From NCBI RefSeq assembly GCF_006345805.1, contig NC_042998.1, positions 125,302,001-125,366,000 on the forward strand: 64,000 nt of DNA, given 5' to 3'. Both the position numbers and the translations under genes were made by a program. The notes beneath the pieces are model-generated. The model was not told the DNA's origin and ran no database searches. It saw only the letters and a list, made by a program, of their open reading frames with translations. Below are positions 13,293 through 24,860 of this stretch, piece by piece (positions within the stretch are counted from its first letter, which is position 1; the number at the start of each line of letters is the position of its first letter). The stretch is from Octopus sinensis. Taxonomy: Eukaryota.

Positions 13293-13908
13293 TATATATA
13301 TAAAGTGATGGTATGTTAACTTAATGTGACAGTCCCATGAAAGGGAAGAATGCTATTGCTATTTAGCCCCAGGAAACACCGTTTCCAGCTGGCCATGACA
13401 CTTTTCCTGTGTCCTTATGTTTTCAAAGGGGAGGTAAGCACCTCCACCCAGCAAAGCCAGTATCCAGACTAGTTTCAGTTTCATTGCTCATCATCAGTCT
13501 GGGGTAGCATGGCTTGCTAGCTGTCGATGATTATTTGCCTCTGAAAACATATATATTTCAAGCGAAATGCATTTACTGATTTCGAAAATTGAAATATTAC
13601 ATTTCTAAATCTCATATCCGAAAATTGTTTCAAAGGGATATATAATCCTGCTGGTTACCGTGTTTGCTCTTAAATTGGTTTTAAATGCCGGCTAACCACA
13701 GTGAATGCTGTAAATAACTGTTTTATAAAATTATTGATGTAGAAAATCTTCGTTCGCCTGACCATTATTAATATTATATATATATTATTGGTTTCAGCAA
13801 GAGGCTAAGGCCATACTGGGGCACTTTATATACGGGTGTGTATGCATATAGATATACATACTAGCGTATACACACACGTACATAAACTTATATACATACA
13901 TGCGTATC

Positions 13909-13968
<60 letters not shown>

Positions 13969-14039
13969 TATACATACACGCACACATATACAGTTGCGAG
14001 TATATACAGTTGTCTTTATCTCTAAGTATGTTAATACTA

Positions 14040-14518
14040 AGAGTTTCATTGCAAGCGTTTCTTCAGGACGCGCCAAACTGTCGTTGGTGGAATCTGGGTT
14101 TCTAGACTTGTTCTTATGGACTTCTTGAAGCTTTGCAACAGTTTTTGGCGAACCCGCTCGACCGCCTCTTCCGATGATAGTGGTCGTCCAGATCCTTTTG
14201 CCCTGCACAGACAGTCTTCCTCTTTGAATTTTTTTGTACCATGTCCAAGTCTTCATTGCCGTTGGTGACTATTTAGAGAACTCTCTCACAAATGTACGCT
14301 GCACAGTCTTCTTTGACTGTGTTTGAGCATACTCCAACACATAAAACGCCTTTTCTCTTCCAGTGAATGCCATTTCTATACCTGAAAAGATAAGCATATC
14401 AAACACTAAACACAAAATTTTGACCTGTTTCTTACATATGCTGTTAAAGTCATTTAAACAAGAACTGGCAAAGTTATTAGATTGCGAAATGATATCAAAT
14501 TTTTTTAAACACCCTGTA
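14040..14518 (-). mobile_element. Tc1/mariner-superfamily transposon 5' fragment (N-terminal HTH transposase region, DUF4817-like)
   Basis: TIR-like tacagggtgtttaaaaaa at the right end. ATG at 14373 gives MAFTGREKAFYVLEYAQTQSKKTVQRTFVREF...WYKKF...GSGRP...VWRVLKKRL with a stop and frameshifts. Confidence 0.75.
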
Positions 14519-15324
14519 TTTACTTAGATAAATTTCCTCTTGGAATGTGACAGCGAGTTCATGTCGTTTTCAAGGCCCAAGAATGCCAAAATTCATTTGG
14601 TGTTTACGCCAGCCGCTGCCGGGATGATCTGTTGTCTCCCTCCAATATATATTCTGTTCTCTAACACAGTACATCTTCGAGATTTTATCTCGGAGAAAAT
14701 CTTCAGTATGGTGCCAGTCAACGGTGTATAAACGTTAAATATAACACATACTTGGCTATTCTGCTTCAATTGCCTACACCGAGATTTTACTAATTAAATA
14801 TAACGATAAATTATATTATCTATATATTTCCTCAAAAAATGTGTAACCTTGTATTACTGAAATATATTTACATGATCCTTTCTGCTGTTCTATATACAGT
14901 TTATATAGCCATCAGTGCAGCCTTTATAACCGTGTGTGTGGAGGTGGGTGCTTTAGGATAAAATTGAAAACTGTCTATGTTGTTGATGTTTAATCTCAGA
15001 TCATCCCTAATCTAGGAGTCTTATGATGAAAAGTATTCTAACCGTTGCCGTCTTGATCTTTTTATCCGAGACTACTACAACGTCTAGTGTGTTCTTCCCA
15101 CTTTTAAAATGGTAGAATTGTGATTTGTGGGAGATATGGCTGCTATTTCTAGTAGATCGAGGCACTACATAGAGGTTCGTCTTTATGTAATGCGTGTATG
15201 TAATTTGCTCAGAGGTCATGAATTTCCAGCTTATACTCACGGGAACGTTCATCCCATTACTTTAAGCTAATGAAACAGCATCTTAGTGCTGTCAGTCTTG
15301 GCATTGTTCAACTATACTGTGGTA

Positions 15325-16237
15325 CACGCGGGAGTACTCAGAAGTAACCGGGAACGTTCTCTGTATGACAAACTCGTTATAGTTAAGGCTTCCGCCGCTA
15401 GAAACCACTAGATGCGACCCTGAGGCATCAGTCTGCCGACAGGCGTCGTCAGCAAAAGTTGTACTACCTCGTGGTGCGTCTTTGTTTTGCGGTGCTTCTC
15501 CCTGTTCGTCGATTTTTGTGATGATGAAACGAAGGAACAACGTGCTTCTGTGAAATTCTGTTTTCTGCTGGAAAAAACGGCGGCCAAAACAGTTGTCATG
15601 CTTCGAACAGCTTACAAAGACGCTGCCATGAGCAAAACACAAGTTTACGACTGGTTTCTACGCTTTGGAAATGGTCACTTCTCGCTTGAAGACTAATCTT
15701 GTTCAGGGCGACAGTCGACCTTCCGAACGAATGAAGACATCAAGAAAATTCATGAACTGATCTTGGAGGACTGTCACCGAATAATTGCCAAACTTGATAT
15801 GACTAGTGTATCCCGGAGCTCCTGCCAACGATTTTTAAGCGAGGAATTGCGAATGAAAGGAGTTACAGCAAAATCTGTGTCTCGCTTGTTCATGGAAGAT
15901 CAAAATCAATCACTTTCAAATGCGTGTTGTGAACTGAAAGAATAGTTGGAAGTTGATCCGGACCTTTTTTCTTTTCTTTTCATTCTTCGAAGGTCATCAC
16001 TGGGGACGAAAGCTGGTGATACGCAATTTGTGGATGTGGAAGAGATGAAAGGAAACTACGGAGGCGTTAAAAAACATCACTTCGCAAAAGTTCCAGTACT
16101 GCTTCGAACAGTAGAAAACGCGTCTGGATTGATACAGTGCTTCAAATGGTGAATGCTTTGAAGGCGATAAAAGTGTGAACATGTAAATGAATAAAATAAT
16201 ATTGCAAAATTTCGGTCCCTTTTGGGTACCCTTCGTA
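15325..16237 (+). mobile_element. Internally deleted mariner element (pseudogenised transposase)
   Basis: EQRASVKFCFLLEKTAAKTVVML...SKTQVYDWFLRF...SLED, then ...ELRMKGVTAKSVSRL and TGDESW, joined to the C-terminal GECFEGDK. Imperfect TIRs at both ends; right end ...cccttcg|ta. Confidence 0.85.
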
Positions 16238-17027
16238 TGCTTTCAGTGAGGTATATCGAATGGTTTTGAGAATTAGCCTTTCTTTGTCATAGACGCAGCA
16301 TCGTCGGCAAACATACGACCGCCATCGCTGGGTCATCTACATCTGTCTCTTACAACAGACTATAGCCTACACACGAGTATAATGTATCATACCACATATT
16401 ATGTTCTTTGTGTGATCAATACTTCTTATTGAAGAAAAAAATAGTATTATTCTACTAAATTATTTGTTTATAGTTTGGCTAGCAAGTTGTTTTGTCTATT
16501 ATTTACAAAACACTTGATGTCTTACTTTGGATGAGTGAAATGCACGTACCTGATAGTAGAAATGTTCTTCTCTTACGTTCTTCCCGTAAGCAGATGCACT
16601 CAGAGCTCTTTGATTTTATAATCGCGTTCAAAACTTTCTATATCGCTTCCAACTTGACAGTTCCTTAGCCTTTGGCGTAAACAGCTTTCTGAAGACTCAA
16701 TTAATATAAACCGCGAGAATGTGTTTCTATTCTATGATTATTATCATTACTTTTTTTACATAAGAAATTACTATTATTATTATTATTAGCATCACCATCA
16801 ACAACATTATATGCTGGCGTAGCTCTTTTTTCTTATAAAACTAAATAATTACCAATGCTTACAACTTCGGCGTACAATTTTTTTTATGTATTTTCTTTTC
16901 TAAATATATTTATTTTCTTAATGTATCTATTTTGATGGAGAAAATATCTGGAAAATGTTACCAAGTGCAAAAGATGAGACTGACAACGCAAGATATATGT
17001 GCGTGTATGAAAAGAGCACAGACATAC

Positions 17028-17066
<39 letters not shown>

Positions 17067-18007
17067 TGTGTGTGTGTGTGAAATGAAAAGGCGTGCAATT
17101 ATGTGCATGTATATGCCTTAATTGTCAGAATTCTGCACTGATGTGTAATTTTGAAACGAGTATGATACTAAAACAAAAACTAACCAAACATACAAGCCAA
17201 GTAAATGATTCTAAACCGTTATTTATTGATGATTGCTGAAAATACAATTTAAAAGAAAAATCGTTTCAATTGACTCTCACATGAAATGGAATAATTTTTT
17301 CTACAAATCAACACAAAGCCTGAAATTTTGTAATCGATTCACTTGAGCCATACTCACCAATCTAACCACCTTTTGAACAAATTTACTAGTTAGCAGCACC
17401 TCCCTCTCCACTATCGCCTTCTCCTCCAAGAAGAAATTTTTAAAATCAGTCTTAATTGAACATGAAAGTCGATCCTCAATCTTTTCAAACACTCCACCAT
17501 GCAGCATTTTAATCTATATCTACCATCAATTTTTTAAAAACTACCAGCTCTCCTCGAACAAAGGAAGGCAGCAGAACGATATTTTCGGCGGATTCGGCAA
17601 ATAGCAGGATCAGTCATAAAAGCAACAAAAACTGTTGGGCAACATTCCATAAATCACTAAAATAGTGTGTGAAGAACTGTTTCAATGCTTCTGCACGCAT
17701 CTGGGACACGGTGAAACTATGAAGGAGACTATAAATATATCTCTAACTTTCTACATTTGGGTAGAAAACATTCGTGAACATTGTTGTTTTGTAGACGTGC
17801 AACAGAATTTACATTTCCTTTATTGAAATATCATTACACTCGTTATAAATGCCTAATTATTAATGATAGTTCATCGCGAAACCAAACCCTCTTGCCTACA
17901 ACATACTTCACATAGCGATGTCGCGTCCCCATGGCATCGTTCTACGTTTGGAGGATATTACAAAGTTTTTCACGTCTCTTATAATTAACTTTACTGTGAT
18001 GAAGTAT

Positions 18008-18054
<47 letters not shown>

Positions 18055-18057
<3 letters not shown>

Positions 18058-18335
18058 AGATAATGGTGTCATTGAGACCCAAAGGTATCAGGTAATGCTG
18101 AATAAGTGCTATAGACAGACCATAGTTAAGTTCCAGATTCGGTAATATTGCGAATAAAGAGTTCAACGTTGGTTCTAAGTCAGCGTGTGTATATATGAAT
18201 TCTTTGCGTAATGAGATAAATAAAACCAAGACTGTATAGATATTAGAGCATTTATAGATAGAAGGTCTTACGGCTGTTTCTAGGACATTAATTAATAATA
18301 TCCCTTCATCGGAGACGGTGTGAGAGGAAAAATTA
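18055..18335 (-). mobile_element. PLE-type pseudo-LTR fragment carrying a hammerhead
   Basis: HHR at 18265-18316 followed on - by a ~200-nt tail that runs into (CA)n/(TA)n. Confidence 0.6.
18265..18316 (-). ncRNA. Minimal type I hammerhead-like motif, U4C core variant
   Basis: Minus strand reads gtct-CCGAUGA-aggga...tcct a-GAAA-c agcc g-UA-agac: stem I gtct/agac, GUA triplet. Confidence 0.65.
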
Positions 18336-18339
18336 AGTC

Positions 18340-18780
18340 ATAGTTAGTTTAGATGTGATACATATAGAGAGACTAGCGGAGAATCTATCAGGGCCTACAG
18401 CAGAATAGTATTTGACCTCATTTATTGCTGCTATGATGTCAGAGGCAGTGAAGGTTATGTCCGAGATTTTATGCTGGAAATCAACTTCGTTCGCTTCTCT
18501 TACGTCAATATCAGTGGGATCACTAAAGACAGAGCAGTATTGTTTCTGCAGTATTTCTGTCATTTCTTTAGCATCGTGTTGGGGAATGCCGTTATCATTG
18601 ATCAATGGCCCAATGGGTGAGACAGCGGTTCTATGCTTATTTGCATAATAGTAGAACACTTTGGGGGTTCTGTTTGATGTTTTTGATTACCCACTGTTCC
18701 TCCGCAGCTCTTTGATTTTCAATCAAGGTTTTCATGTCGGTCTGCAGATGAAGTTTTTCCAACTCCAGCCTTTTCAGTGT
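18340..18780 (-). mobile_element. CR1/L2-type LINE ORF2 fragment (EN-RT tether region)
   Basis: Open frame: ...IKNIKQNPKVFYYYANKH...IGPLINDNG...AKEMTEILQKQYCSVFS...ITFTASDIIAAINEVKYYSAVGPDRF. Confidence 0.8.
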
Positions 18781-18804
18781 TGTTATACATACATACATAC
18801 ATAC

Positions 18805-18856
<52 letters not shown>

Positions 18857-18862
<6 letters not shown>

Positions 18863-19340
18863 GAATGGAGTCGAACGAAGATTTTAACAAAATTCCTTTA
18901 CTCTCAACACATGTTTCGAAGACTCCATACTCTTAATTCCGAAGGAATAAAGGGTGCATTATGCATTATGCTGTCTTCGTGCATTATGCCTACTGTGGAC
19001 GCCATGTAGGCAGTCATAAAAAAGTTTTTGTTCGTCTTGAGGCTGACAGAGGTTCCTTGTCTTTCCTGATGAGAAGACGGCATAATGCACCCTTTATTCC
19101 TTCGGAATTAAGAGTATGCAGTCTTCGAAACATGTGTTGAGAGTAAAGGAATTTTGTTAAAATCTTCGTTCGACTCCATTCTTTCATTTATTCATATAAA
19201 AAAAACACACAAATTACCACACAAGAACACGGGGTTTCTACCCTTGACATGTAGCTTCAACCGTGTTTTCTGACGTAAATTTGCTACCCAGGTATCGATT
19301 ATCCGAATTATCAATACTAGGGTAATTCATTCACCTACTT
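18857..19340 (+). mobile_element. Short PLE-type fold-back element (inverted pLTR copy + pLTR + tail) in (TA)n
   Basis: 18857-18965 is the reverse complement of 19080-19187 (near-identical). Tail at 19188-19340 and (TA)n on both sides. Contains a hammerhead. Confidence 0.8.
19061..19143 (+). ncRNA. Minimal type I hammerhead ribozyme
   Basis: ctttc-CUGAUGA-gaagac...gtcttc-GAAA-c atgt g-UU-gagag: palindromic ACAUGU in stem III, GUU triplet at 19136-19138. Confidence 0.85.
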
Positions 19341-19354
19341 ATATATATATATAT

Positions 19355-20027
19355 TGTTATGGCAGGTGGATTTCCTTCATGGAAGTTGATACTCCAGCAG
19401 TTGCTACAGAAGCGAGCAATCAAAACAAAAAGGAAGTCGCCCTTACCGTTTTCTTGTTTTGTTGTTTACTGCCTATGCTGTTTGCAGTAGTAAATTGATA
19501 GACATTGAAAAAGAGGAGAAAGACAGTGATGCTAACGTTCTGCTTGTCGTTTCAGCAGCCGTCGAGAAAGACAGAGTGATGTTATAGGGTGGAAATGTGA
19601 ACTGGTGTAAGGGTAAAGGGCAGATGTATATCGGCCGCAGTCGCCTGTCTTGTTATATCTTCGCAAACACCTTCAAAGAATTCCTTTTACGTACTGACTT
19701 TGGCTTGCTAATTTTCTGTATTTATAATAATCGCAACATAGCAAGAAAGAGAGACATATTGCTCTCAAAACAATGGAAACCGCTGCAGGTATCTTCTTTA
19801 TCTCTTGTCAACTGTTGTTTGTATAGGAGGGGTTAAAAGGGTCAAGTGGAGAATACATAAATCGGCTTGGCATAGGCCATGTGCTGAGTGTCTCAGCTGT
19901 CAATTCTTGTCTCTCTGTGAGAAAGTACTGTGGTACGTCAAAAGGACATGATGTAAATTCAGGTTCGAATCAATATGCCTAAATGAAAATCCACTTTTTT
20001 CTTTCCAAATAAAACATTTTAGTAACA
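19355..20027 (+). mobile_element. Solo LTR (673 bp)
   Basis: TGTTA...TAACA termini, AATAAA about 15 nt before the end, and ATAT on both sides (TSD not diagnostic inside a TA tract). Confidence 0.6.
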
Positions 20028-20035
20028 ATATATAT

Positions 20036-20276
20036 CGTGTTTAAAATCCGAAAGAAGCACTCTCTAAGATGCAGAGGTTTAGCTTTATGGCGTATCGTCA
20101 GATCCCAAAAGCCTGTAGGCCTATGACCTCATAAACATATGGAAGCAAATACTCATCCATATCTTTAAGAGGTCATAGACCAACAGGTTTTGGGAGAATC
20201 TGACGATACGCCATAAAGCTAAACCCTTTATGGACGGGAAACCTAAAGTAATCCCATAAACCGGCCTTCCCCATTT
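20036..20276 (+). mobile_element. Older PLE-type fold-back with degenerate hammerhead (20191-20256)
   Basis: Arms ~20073-20142 and ~20154-20229 are inverted. On +: ggga(ga)at-CUGACGA-..ccataaag ctaaacc ctttatgg..-GAAAC ctaa aGUA-atccc. The left arm preserves gggat directly before the core. Confidence 0.65.
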
Positions 20277-20504
20277 TATATATATATATATATATACGCG
20301 AGAAAGAAGCAACAAGAATGGATAGGTTTTTAGTACAATCGTTTCATACAAGGACAGGCTTTATTAAAAGTTGTAAAAATTACAGCATATAAACGTGTCC
20401 CGTACTCATCAGCTAAAATACATGTGAGTTCTCTAGACATCCTAGTGGTTGAGGCTATACTCATGAAGTAATGTAGATAATTAAGTAACATAAACAGATT
20501 TATC

Positions 20505-21580
20505 CTGGATAGTGTTCTACCCCAAATAACCCCTCTTCTCCCCTTAAACCTATGGCTAAGTACGGATGAAGTTCTAAAATGGTTTAACTCTCTAACTAAT
20601 ACTAGTAGTCTGTCCTTTATTCAGTTCGATATTAATAGTTATTACTCTAGTATTTCCCCTATCTTACTCAACAAATCACTAATATTTGCCATGAATCGCT
20701 CCCTCATATCTAGAGAAGAAATCAATATTGTGCTACTAGCTAGGAAGACATTTATAGAATTTGAAGATAAATTATGGACTAGAGCAGATACACCTAATTT
20801 TTTTGATATACCAATGGGTTCCAGTGATTCGGCTGAGGTAACCAACCTAGTAGGCGCATATCTATTAAAATGCATAAGCAAGGATATACCAGAAATACAG
20901 GGGGGTCTATATAGGGATGATGCTCTGTTTGTTATCCCTAGTAATAATAAATCTGTTATAGAAAGGATTAGAAAGAAAATTAATAAGTTCTTTAAGGATT
21001 TCAACCTCAGTATAACGTATGAACCGGACACTAAAATAGTTAACTTCCTAGATATTACGCTAGACCTTAACTCCAAGCTACATTACCCATTTAGAAAGGA
21101 AGGCGAAATCACGAATTACGTAAATAAATTATCAAATCATCCCCCAAATATAATAGAATCTTTAGTAAGAAATATTTCATTAAGAATTTCAAAATTATCA
21201 TCCAATAAGGATATATTTAACTCCCATTCTGAGCATTATAATGAGGCGTTAACTAAGGCTGGATACAACCAAAAGATTACATTCGTTGATAAGGGGAACT
21301 CACGTATTCCTAATAATGAAGTTATCAGTAATCGCGTAAGCAGCAATACAGACCAAGCCCGAAATAAAAGTAGAATTAAATTAATGGTAAACGCTAATCT
21401 AGCGTACAGGCCCAACAATTCAAATAGAAGCATTGACCAGAACATAGGTAACTCGGATAATATTGAAGTAGATAAACCTAAGATGCACACAAATAAAAAT
21501 AAAAACAATGGTAATAAATACAATAACTCCGGTGAGATGAATAGTAGTAATTCTACGAACCCTAAATTTAATAAAAAAAG
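20505..21580 (+). CDS. PLE reverse transcriptase domain (5'-truncated; frame open upstream of the ATG at 20691)
   Basis: NLWLSTDEVLKWF...FIQFDINSYYSSI...FDIPMGSSDSAEVTNLVGAYLL...GGLYRDDALF...VNFLDITLDL...YVNKLSNHPPNI: PLE RT motifs with YRDD at the active site. Confidence 0.9.
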
Positions 21581-22695
21581 ATATATTATGGCTGAATATT
21601 CCTTTCAACTGTGCGATACAATCGGATATACAGAACAAATTCAAAGTAATTCTGGAAAAAAATTTCCCTATCTCTCATAGATATCATAGAATTATATCTA
21701 GGAAAACAGTTAGGATTTCTTATTCAACCCTCCCAAATATGTCCACTTTAATAGCTAAGATTAATAATAAAAACATTAAACTAGCCAGGAAAGATAGAAA
21801 TAAAAATAATAATATCAGCATGAATACCAATAGCAATTATAATAATACTACCAACAACAATAAAAACAGCAATAGTAACTATCAAAACATAGGTGAAATT
21901 AGTAACCACAGAATGACTAATAACATTAACATTAATAGTAATAATAACAATGCCGATATTAATAGAAGTAATAATGTTAATAATAGAAATAATAGATATA
22001 AGGCTAATGGAGAAAATAAGGAGAATGAAAATATCAGTGATATTTATAACAACAATATGCAGTCGGATAAAAAGACTAACAATAATAGTAACATTACCAA
22101 TAATATAAGAAATCATGGTAGGACTTTAGGCCTAAATGATGAGGCTGAAGGATCAATAAATAATAGCAATACTTTAGATATCAGCACCAACTATAGAAAT
22201 GATAATCAAAATAATAGGAACCTAAGACATCTACCCAAGAATAATCCAAAGCCTGAAGTTGTTCCTCCTGTGTGTAAGTGTAGAATAAAATCAAAATGCC
22301 CGGCACCTGGTCTATGTGGGGAAAATAATGTAATCTATAAATGTACCATATCCACGGAGAATAACAAATATCTTTACATTGGATGTACAATTAATTTTCT
22401 AGCCAGAGTTAGAAATCACATCTCGTCTTTTAAATTACGTCATAAAGCTGGTACCACCACACTTTCAAACAAAATCTGGGAACTCAAAAATAATAATAAA
22501 AATTATAACCTTAATTGGGAAATAGTTATGAGAGCAATTCCGTATAAAAATAGTAGGGTTGGTTGCCAACTATGCTCCATGGAGACGTATGAAATTCTAA
22601 AGCATAGAAAACATAGAAACTTATTGAATAACCATATCGAACTAGGTCAAGTTTGTGTCCACGCTAAATTGAAGACTTTAAAATATTTCAAATGA
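21581..22695 (+). CDS. PLE thumb/linker + GIY-YIG endonuclease (continues the RT ORF after a +1 frameshift)
   Basis: ILWLNIPFN...FPISHRY...VRISYSTLPNM, then CKCRIKSKCPAPGLC (CxCx5Cx5C), VIYKC...YIGCT...RVRNHISSF, LSNKIWELK, CQLC..E, LLN..ELGQVCVH. Confidence 0.9.
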
Positions 22696-24156
22696 TTAGA
22701 ATATTCGTAACTAGATAGATAGATATAACTTGATTTCTACTAGTATAGCACTGCTTTAAGTAGATAACTAAGAGTTCTCACACTACAGTTATCTTTTTCC
22801 TTATATCTGCATCAGTTTTTTGAGAACAGGGAAATGAATAGTACTTATACGCTGCTTAATTGAGGCTTTATTTAATTTCAAACTCATAATTTTTAAATTC
22901 TAATTTTAAATCTTAATTGTAATTTTTAATTTTAATTCCTAACTTAATCTAATTTAAGTAGCATAACTCTAATAAAATAAAATGAGTTACTATAGCCCCA
23001 TAATTCTATTTCAAAATTAAATAAATAAGGCTACCCCCTCGGTGATAATATGATTATCTTCATTATGATAGACAATCCCCTAACACCTTGTAAATGATCT
23101 TCTAAGATTTGACCTGTAGTCCGTCAATGTATGAATAATAACGGCAACTCCTTAAGACAATAAAATGAATAAATTAAATAAGTAAATTTTAATGACTTTT
23201 TGATAAGATTATACTTAGATTTTCCTAATGTATTTTCTTTTGATTTTAGCATCTGACCCCTAAACCCCTGACTGTGTTATCTCTTTAGATTCTCTTTAAA
23301 TTCATAGCTGATTTCAACAGCAATAAATTAGCTGTTTTACTGGTCAAAGAATAATATTCTCCTCTAGTTCCTAGATGCCTGTAAATTAAAACCAGACTCG
23401 CCGTCTACTAATTCTTCTGTATTACTAGAACCCTCTTTTTTTTTTCTTTTTCTTTTTTCCCTTCTTTCCCTATTTCTTTCTCTTTTCTCTTTCTTCTTTT
23501 TCTTCTTCTTATTCTCTTTTTCCTTTTCTCTTCTCTTTTAGTCCCCTTCCCCCCCTTTTTTGCTCCCTCCTCCTTTATTTTCTCTCTTTTCTTCTATTCC
23601 CTTCCCTTTTCTATTCTTTGCCTCTCTAGAAAGCCCTTCAGCCTTTAAAAGTTAAATAGCTACAGCCTCTTGTAAATAGCAGTAATGTGATTAATGTGGC
23701 AAATACCTAATCATATAACAAGAATTGATACCTACCTCATTGTGTTCAACCATTGATAAATTTATCGCCTGTGAATATGAAATTCCTCTTCATTTCTCTG
23801 GAAATTTACATCTACACCATTGGAAATTGTGCATCTATACAAAGGATTAATTCACCCTCTCTGTAATGCTAATAAGCAGGAATTGAGACCCACCTCGTTG
23901 TGATTAACAATGGATAAATTTGTCTTCTGTGAGTATGTAATCCCTCATCATATCTCTGGAAATTCATATGTGCACTATGGATTAGGTCACCTTCTCTGTG
24001 ATGCTATTAGAACTTTTTTAAAATTCTGTGATAAGACTGTACATCATCTTTAAAGAACTTTAATGAACTTTGGAAATCTGTTTATGTTACTTAATTATCT
24101 ACATTACTTCATGAGTATAGCCTCAACCACTAGGATGTCTAGAGAACTCACATGTA

Positions 24157-24247
24157 TTTTAGCTGATGAGTACGGGACACGTTTATATGCTGTAATTTTT
24201 ACAACTTTTAATAAAGCCTGTCCTTGTATGAAACGATTGTACTAAAA
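24157..24247 (+). ncRNA. Minimal type I hammerhead in the Naiad pLTR (second copy on - at 20328-20418)
   Basis: ttttag-CUGAUGA-gtacgggaca...tgtccttgtat-GAAA-c gatt g-UA-ctaaaa; GUA triplet at 24239-24241. Confidence 0.88.
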
Positions 24248-24399
24248 ACCTATCCATTCTTGTTGCTTCTTTCTCGCTTATAATCACCCCACATTACTGT
24301 ATTGTTAAAACAGTATAGTTTTTTTGGGTGCATCTAAGTTAAGTACCATATTCAAGTAAATTCATTTAAATTAACTTGAATCTTTATTGCTTTTTGATT

Positions 24400-24474
<75 letters not shown>

Positions 24475-24476
<2 letters not shown>

Positions 24477-24860
24477 CGCAGGAGTGGCTGTGTGGTAAGT
24501 AGCTTGCTAACCAACCACATGGCTCCGGGTTCAGTCCCACTGCGTGGCATCTTGGGCAAGTGTCTTCTGCTATAGCCCCGGGCCGACCAATGCCTTGTGA
24601 GTGGATTTGGTAGACGGAAACTGAAAGAAGCCTGTCGTATATGTATATATATATATGTATGTGTGTGTGTGTTTGTCCCCCTAGCATTGCTTGACAACCG
24701 ATGCTGGTGTGTTTACGTACCCGTCACTTAACGGTTCGGCAAAAGAGACCGATAGAATAAGTATTGGGCTTACAAAGAATAAGTCCCGGGGTCGATTTGC
24801 TCGATTAAAGGCGGTGCTCCAGCATGGCCGCAGTCAAATGACTGAAACAAGTAAAAGAGT
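24475..24860 (+). mobile_element. tRNA-derived SINE, family B, full length
   Basis: A-box tggctgtgtggt and B-box-like ggttcagtcc, internal (TA)/(TG) tract, and end caaatgactgaaacaagtaaaagag. Other copies near 48365-48560(+), 48568-48937(-), 51900-52030(-), 57750-57895(-) and 61640-61945(-). Confidence 0.9.

Larger units (their letters stand above)
20298..24398 (+). mobile_element. Penelope-like retroelement, Naiad-type, 5'-truncated with inverted pseudo-LTR, inserted in (TA)n
   Basis: RT followed by GIY-YIG coding region. The 204-bp inverted copy 20298-20501 matches 24074-24277, and the 3' tail 24278-24398 is absent from it. HHR in the pLTR; (TA)n on both flanks. Confidence 0.93.

Noticed and set aside
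20642-22390. Minus-strand ORFs over the PLE
   Set aside because: Antisense shadows of the AAT-rich coding strand with no recognisable motifs.
22693-22710. Selenocysteine recoding in the Naiad ORF (reported for some Naiads)
   Set aside because: No in-frame TGA within the visible coding region. The only TGA follows the conserved C-terminal CxH motif and behaves as a normal stop; no SECIS was recognised.
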